Origin: Paraphysomonas bandaiensis
Lineage: Eukaryota > Protista > Chrysophyceae
Reading direction: 5' to 3'
Length of the DNA stretch: 48,722 bases
NCBI GenBank assembly: GCA_965644295.1
Contig: CBFFRP010000308.1
Coordinates: forward strand, 1-48,722
The position numbers and the translations under genes are program-made. The notes under the pieces are model-generated. The model was not told the DNA's origin and did no database searches. It saw nothing but the letters and a program-made list of their open reading frames with translations. Of this stretch, positions 44,401-48,722 are shown piece after piece (positions within the stretch are counted from its first letter, which is position 1; each line of letters opens with the position of its first letter).

Positions 44401-47400
44401 GGACACTCAACTGGAGTTGTCGTATTCACCTCACAATAATATCCAGCAGGACATGACTTACACGTGTCATTACCCCTCTCATCCTGATATGTTCCCGCCA
44501 CACATGGTATCGGATAGTCTGATCCAACAGGACAGTAATGACCCGTAGGACACACCAAATCATCGAAATCTGTAGGATTCGAAGTACCACTCGGACAATA
44601 ATATCCAGCCAAGCATTGTCGTGTAGCCAAAACAGTTCCATTCAGAGGACAATAGTAACCCTTCACACAAGCTTGACACTCCCCAACTGATGTCAAACCC
44701 AGTGATGACGTATTCGTACCAGGAGGACACTGGACTGGAGATGGTGAACCCTCCGGGCAGTAGTGACCAGGAGGACATATATCATTCGTAGAATTCGCAT
44801 CCACCTCCACACAAGTCTCTCCAGAGTAGCTCACATGGAAACCATCACTATCATGTGGACTGGATACGGCTGAACCACCTCCACAATAATAACCAGAACT
44901 GCATGGAGCCGATGGCTCCAACAATGCCACTGCACCACAATACATACCAGGAGTACACTCCTGACAATCCCACACTGAACCCAGACTCGATGCATTGCTA
45001 TACGTACCATTAGGACAGGGGAACTCAGTTGCATACTCTGTCATCGATGGACAATAGTAACCCGGTGGACACTCAACTGGAGTTGTCGTATTCACCTCAC
45101 AATAATATCCAGCAGGACATGACTTACACGTGTCATTACCCCTCTCATCCTGATATGTTCCCGCCACACATGGTATCGGATAGTCTGATCCAACAGGACA
45201 GTAATGACCCGTAGGACACACCAAATCATCGAAATCTGTAGGATTCGAAGTACCACTCGGACAATAATATCCAGCCAAGCATTGTCGTGTAGCCAAAACA
45301 GTTCCATTCAGAGGACAATAGTAACCCTTCACACAAGCTTGACACTCCCCAACAGATGTCAAACCCAGTGATGACGTATTCGTACCAGGAGGACACTGGA
45401 CTGGAGATGGTGAACCCTCCGGACAGTAGTGACCAGGAGGACATATATCATTCGTAGAATTCGCATCCACCTCCACACAAGTCTCTCCAGAGTAGCTCAC
45501 ATGGAAACCATCACTATCATGTGGACTGGATACGGCTGAACCACCTCCACAATAATAACCAGAACTGCATGGAGCCGATGGCTCCAACAATGCCACTGCA
45601 CCACAATACATACCAGGAGTACACTCCTGACAATCCCACACTGAACCCAGACTCGATGCATTGCTATACGTACCATTAGGACAGGGGAACTCAGTTGCAT
45701 ACTCTGTCATCGATGGACAATAGTAACCCGGTGGACACTCAACTGGAGTTGTCGTATTCACCTCACAATAATATCCAGCAGGACATGACTTACACGTGTC
45801 ATTACCCCTCTCATCCTGATATGTTCCCGCCACACATGGTATCGGATAGTCTGATCCAACAGGACAGTAATGACCCGTAGGACACACCAAATCATCGAAA
45901 TCTGTAGGATTCGAAGTACCACTCGGACAATAATATCCAGCCAAGCATTGTCGTGTAGCCAAAACAGTTCCATTCAGAGGACAATAGTAACCCTTCACAC
46001 AAGCTTGACACTCCCCAACTGATGTCAAACCCAGTGATGACGTATTCGTACCAGGAGGACACTGGACTGGAGATGGTGAACCCTCCGGACAGTAGTGACC
46101 AGGAGGACATATATCATTCGTAGAATTCGCATCCACCTCCACACAAGTCTCTCCAGAGTAGCTCACATGGAAACCATCACTATCATGTGGACTGGATACG
46201 GCTGAACCACCTCCACAATAATAACCAGAACTGCATGGAGCCGATGGCTCCAACAATGCCACTGCACCACAATACATACCAGGAGTACACTCCTGACAAT
46301 CCCACACTGAACCCAGACTCGATGCATTGCTATACGTACCATTAGGACAGGGGAACTCAGTTGCATACTCTGTCATCGATGGACAATAGTAACCCGGTGG
46401 ACACTCAACTGGAGTTGTCGTATTCACCTCACAATAATATCCAGCAGGACATGACTTACATGTGTCATTACCCCTCTCATCCTGATATGTTCCCGCCACA
46501 CATGGTATCGGATAGTCTGATCCAACAGGACAGTAATGACCCGTAGGACACACCAAATCATCGAAATCTGTAGGATTCGAAGTACCACTCGGACAATAAT
46601 ATCCAGCCAAGCATTGTCGTGTAGCCAAAACAGTTCCATTCAGAGGACAATAGTAACCCTTCACACAAGCTTGACACTCCCCAACTGATGTCAAACCCAG
46701 TGATGACGTATTCGTACCAGGAGGACACTGGACTGGAGATGGTGAACCCTCCGGACAGTAGTGACCAGGAGGACATATATCATTCGTAGAATTCGCATCC
46801 ACCTCCACACAAGTCTCTCCAGAGTAGCTCACATGGAAACCATCACTATCATGTGGACTGGATACGGCTGAACCACCTCCACAATAATAACCAGAACTAC
46901 ATGGAGCCGATGGCTCCAACAATGCCACTGCACCACAATACATACCAGGAGTACACTCCTGACAATCCCACACTGAACCCAGACTCGATGCATTGCTATA
47001 CGTACCATTAGGACAGGGGAACTCAGTTGCATACTCTGTCATCGATGGACAATAGTAACCCGGTGGACACTCAACTGGAGTTGTCGTATTCACCTCACAA
47101 TAATATCCAGCAGGACATGACTTACATGTGTCATTACCCCTCTCATCCTGATATGTTCCCGCCACACATGGTATCGGATAGTCTGATCCAACAGGACAGT
47201 AATGACCCGTAGGACACACCAAATCATCGAAATCTGTAGGATTCGAAGTACCACTCGGACAATAATATCCAGCCAAGCATTGTCGTGTAGCCAAAACAGT
47301 TCCATTCAGAGGACAATAGTAACCCTTCACACAAGCTTGACACTCCCCAACAGATGTCAAACCCAGTGATGACGTATTCGTACCAGGAGGACACTGGACT

Positions 47401-48722
47401 GGAGATGGTGAACCCTCCGGACAGTAGTGACCAGGAGGACATATATCATTCGTAGAATTCGCATCCACCTCCACACAAGTCTCTCCAGAGTAGCTCACAT
47501 GGAAACCATCACTATCATGTGGTGTAGGAACGGATGCACTGCCCCCACAATAATAACCAGAACTGCAAGGCCCAGTAGGAAGGTAGAGCCCAATCCCGTC
47601 GCAATACATACCAGGTGGACAAGTAAGACACCCCACAGCAGATTGCAATAAACTTGAATTACTGAAAGTACCGTCAGGACAGGGGAACTCAGTTGCATAC
47701 TCTGTCATCGATGGACAGTAGTAACCCGGTGGACACTCAACTGGAGTTGTCGTATTCACCTCACAATAATATCCAGCAGGACATGACTTACATGTGTCAT
47801 TACCCCTCTCATCCTGATATGTTCCCGCCACACATGGTATCGGATAGTCTGATCCAACAGGACAGTAATGACCCGTAGGACACACCAAATCATCGAAATC
47901 TGTAGGATTCGAAGTACCACTCGGACAATAATATCCAGCCAAGCATTGTCGTGTAGCCAAAACAGTTCCATTCAGAGGACAATAGTAACCCTTCACACAA
48001 GCTTGACACTCCCCAACAGATGTCAAACCCAGTGATGACGTATTCGTACCAGGAGGACACTGGACTGGAGATGGTGAACCCTCCGGACAGTAGTGACCAG
48101 GAGGACATATATCATTCGTAGAATTCGCATCCACCTCCACACAAGTCTCTCCAGAGTAGCTCACATGGAAACCATCACTATCATGTGGTGTGGGAACGGA
48201 TGCACTGCCCCCACAATAATAACCAGAACTGCAAGGCCCAGTAGGAAGGTAGAGCCCAATCCCGTCGCAATACATACCAGGTGGACAAGTAAGACACCCC
48301 ACAGCAGATTGCAATAAACTCGAATTACTGAAAGTACCATTTGGACAGGGGAACTCAGTTGCATACTCTGTCATCGATGGACAGTAGTAACCCGGTGGAC
48401 ACTCAACTGGAGTTGTCGTATTCACCTCACAATAATATCCAGCAGGACATGACTTACACGTGTCATTACCCCTCTCATCCTGATATGTTCCCGCCACACA
48501 TGGTATCGGATAGTCTGATCCAACAGGACAGTAATGACCCGTAGGACACACCAAATCATCGAAATCTGTAGGATTCGAAGTACCACTCGGACAATAATAT
48601 CCAGCCAAGCATTGTCGTGTAGCCAAAACAGTTCCATTCAGAGGACAATAGTAACCCTTCACACAAGCTTGACACTCCCCAACAGATGTCAAACCCAGTG
48701 ATGATGTATTCGTACCAGGAGG
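32407..48722 (-). CDS. Giant single-pass membrane protein with GCC2/GCC3 (ephrin-receptor-like) Cys-rich repeats and long helical tail, 5' partial; exons 48722-43470, 43421-43281, 43235-32820, 32772-32407
   Basis: Many CPxGxYC repeats; 48-, 45- and 47-nt phase-0 GT-AG introns join four ORFs; one TM (LVLGLLLGMLGLVLVLISFMYYF-RKK, about 40545-40615); very long E/K/R-rich tail. Confidence 0.92.
43683..48722 (-). repeat. Coding tandem array, 666-bp (222-aa) unit, about 7.6 copies, continuing off the window edge
   Basis: ACAGGGGAACTCAGTTGCATAC recurs every 666 bp, and the shadow ORFs in the track repeat with the same period. Confidence 0.98.

Noticed and set aside
43493-48637. Many periodic 61-74-aa ORFs on both strands
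   Set aside because: Shadow frames of the 666-bp coding repeat; the observed SNPs are synonymous in the long Cys-rich frame.

Overview
Eukaryotic genomic DNA with short (about 45-70 nt) GT-AG introns, probably from a protist; a stramenopile is my guess and is inference only. Positions 1-10.2 kb are a transposon nest. An apparently intact Ty3/Gypsy element (gag and pol in frame across one TGA, PPT, ~1.2-kb 3' LTR) appears inserted into the integrase of a Ty1/Copia element whose RT-RNaseH half is still open. The Gypsy element is atypical: TGA-CAA gag/pol junction, CCCH-like finger instead of a CCHC knuckle, RT active site IFDN instead of YxDD, chromodomain-like region plus an extra C-terminal module, and an antisense ORF in the LTR. 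Positions 11.7-31.3 kb hold host genes (two hypotheticals, RPA49, SEH1, ANKRD13-like, a CRT-like transporter, PI-PLC) and a decayed PIF/Harbinger-type transposase. Positions 32.4-48.7 kb are the 3' part of a giant (>5,000 aa) single-pass membrane protein gene on the minus strand. Its Cys-rich ectodomain is partly built from near-identical 666-bp repeats with two alternative cassettes and mosaic synonymous SNPs. Its long helical tail ends in a zincin-like HAxxH domain. All calls are from motif reading; no searches were run.
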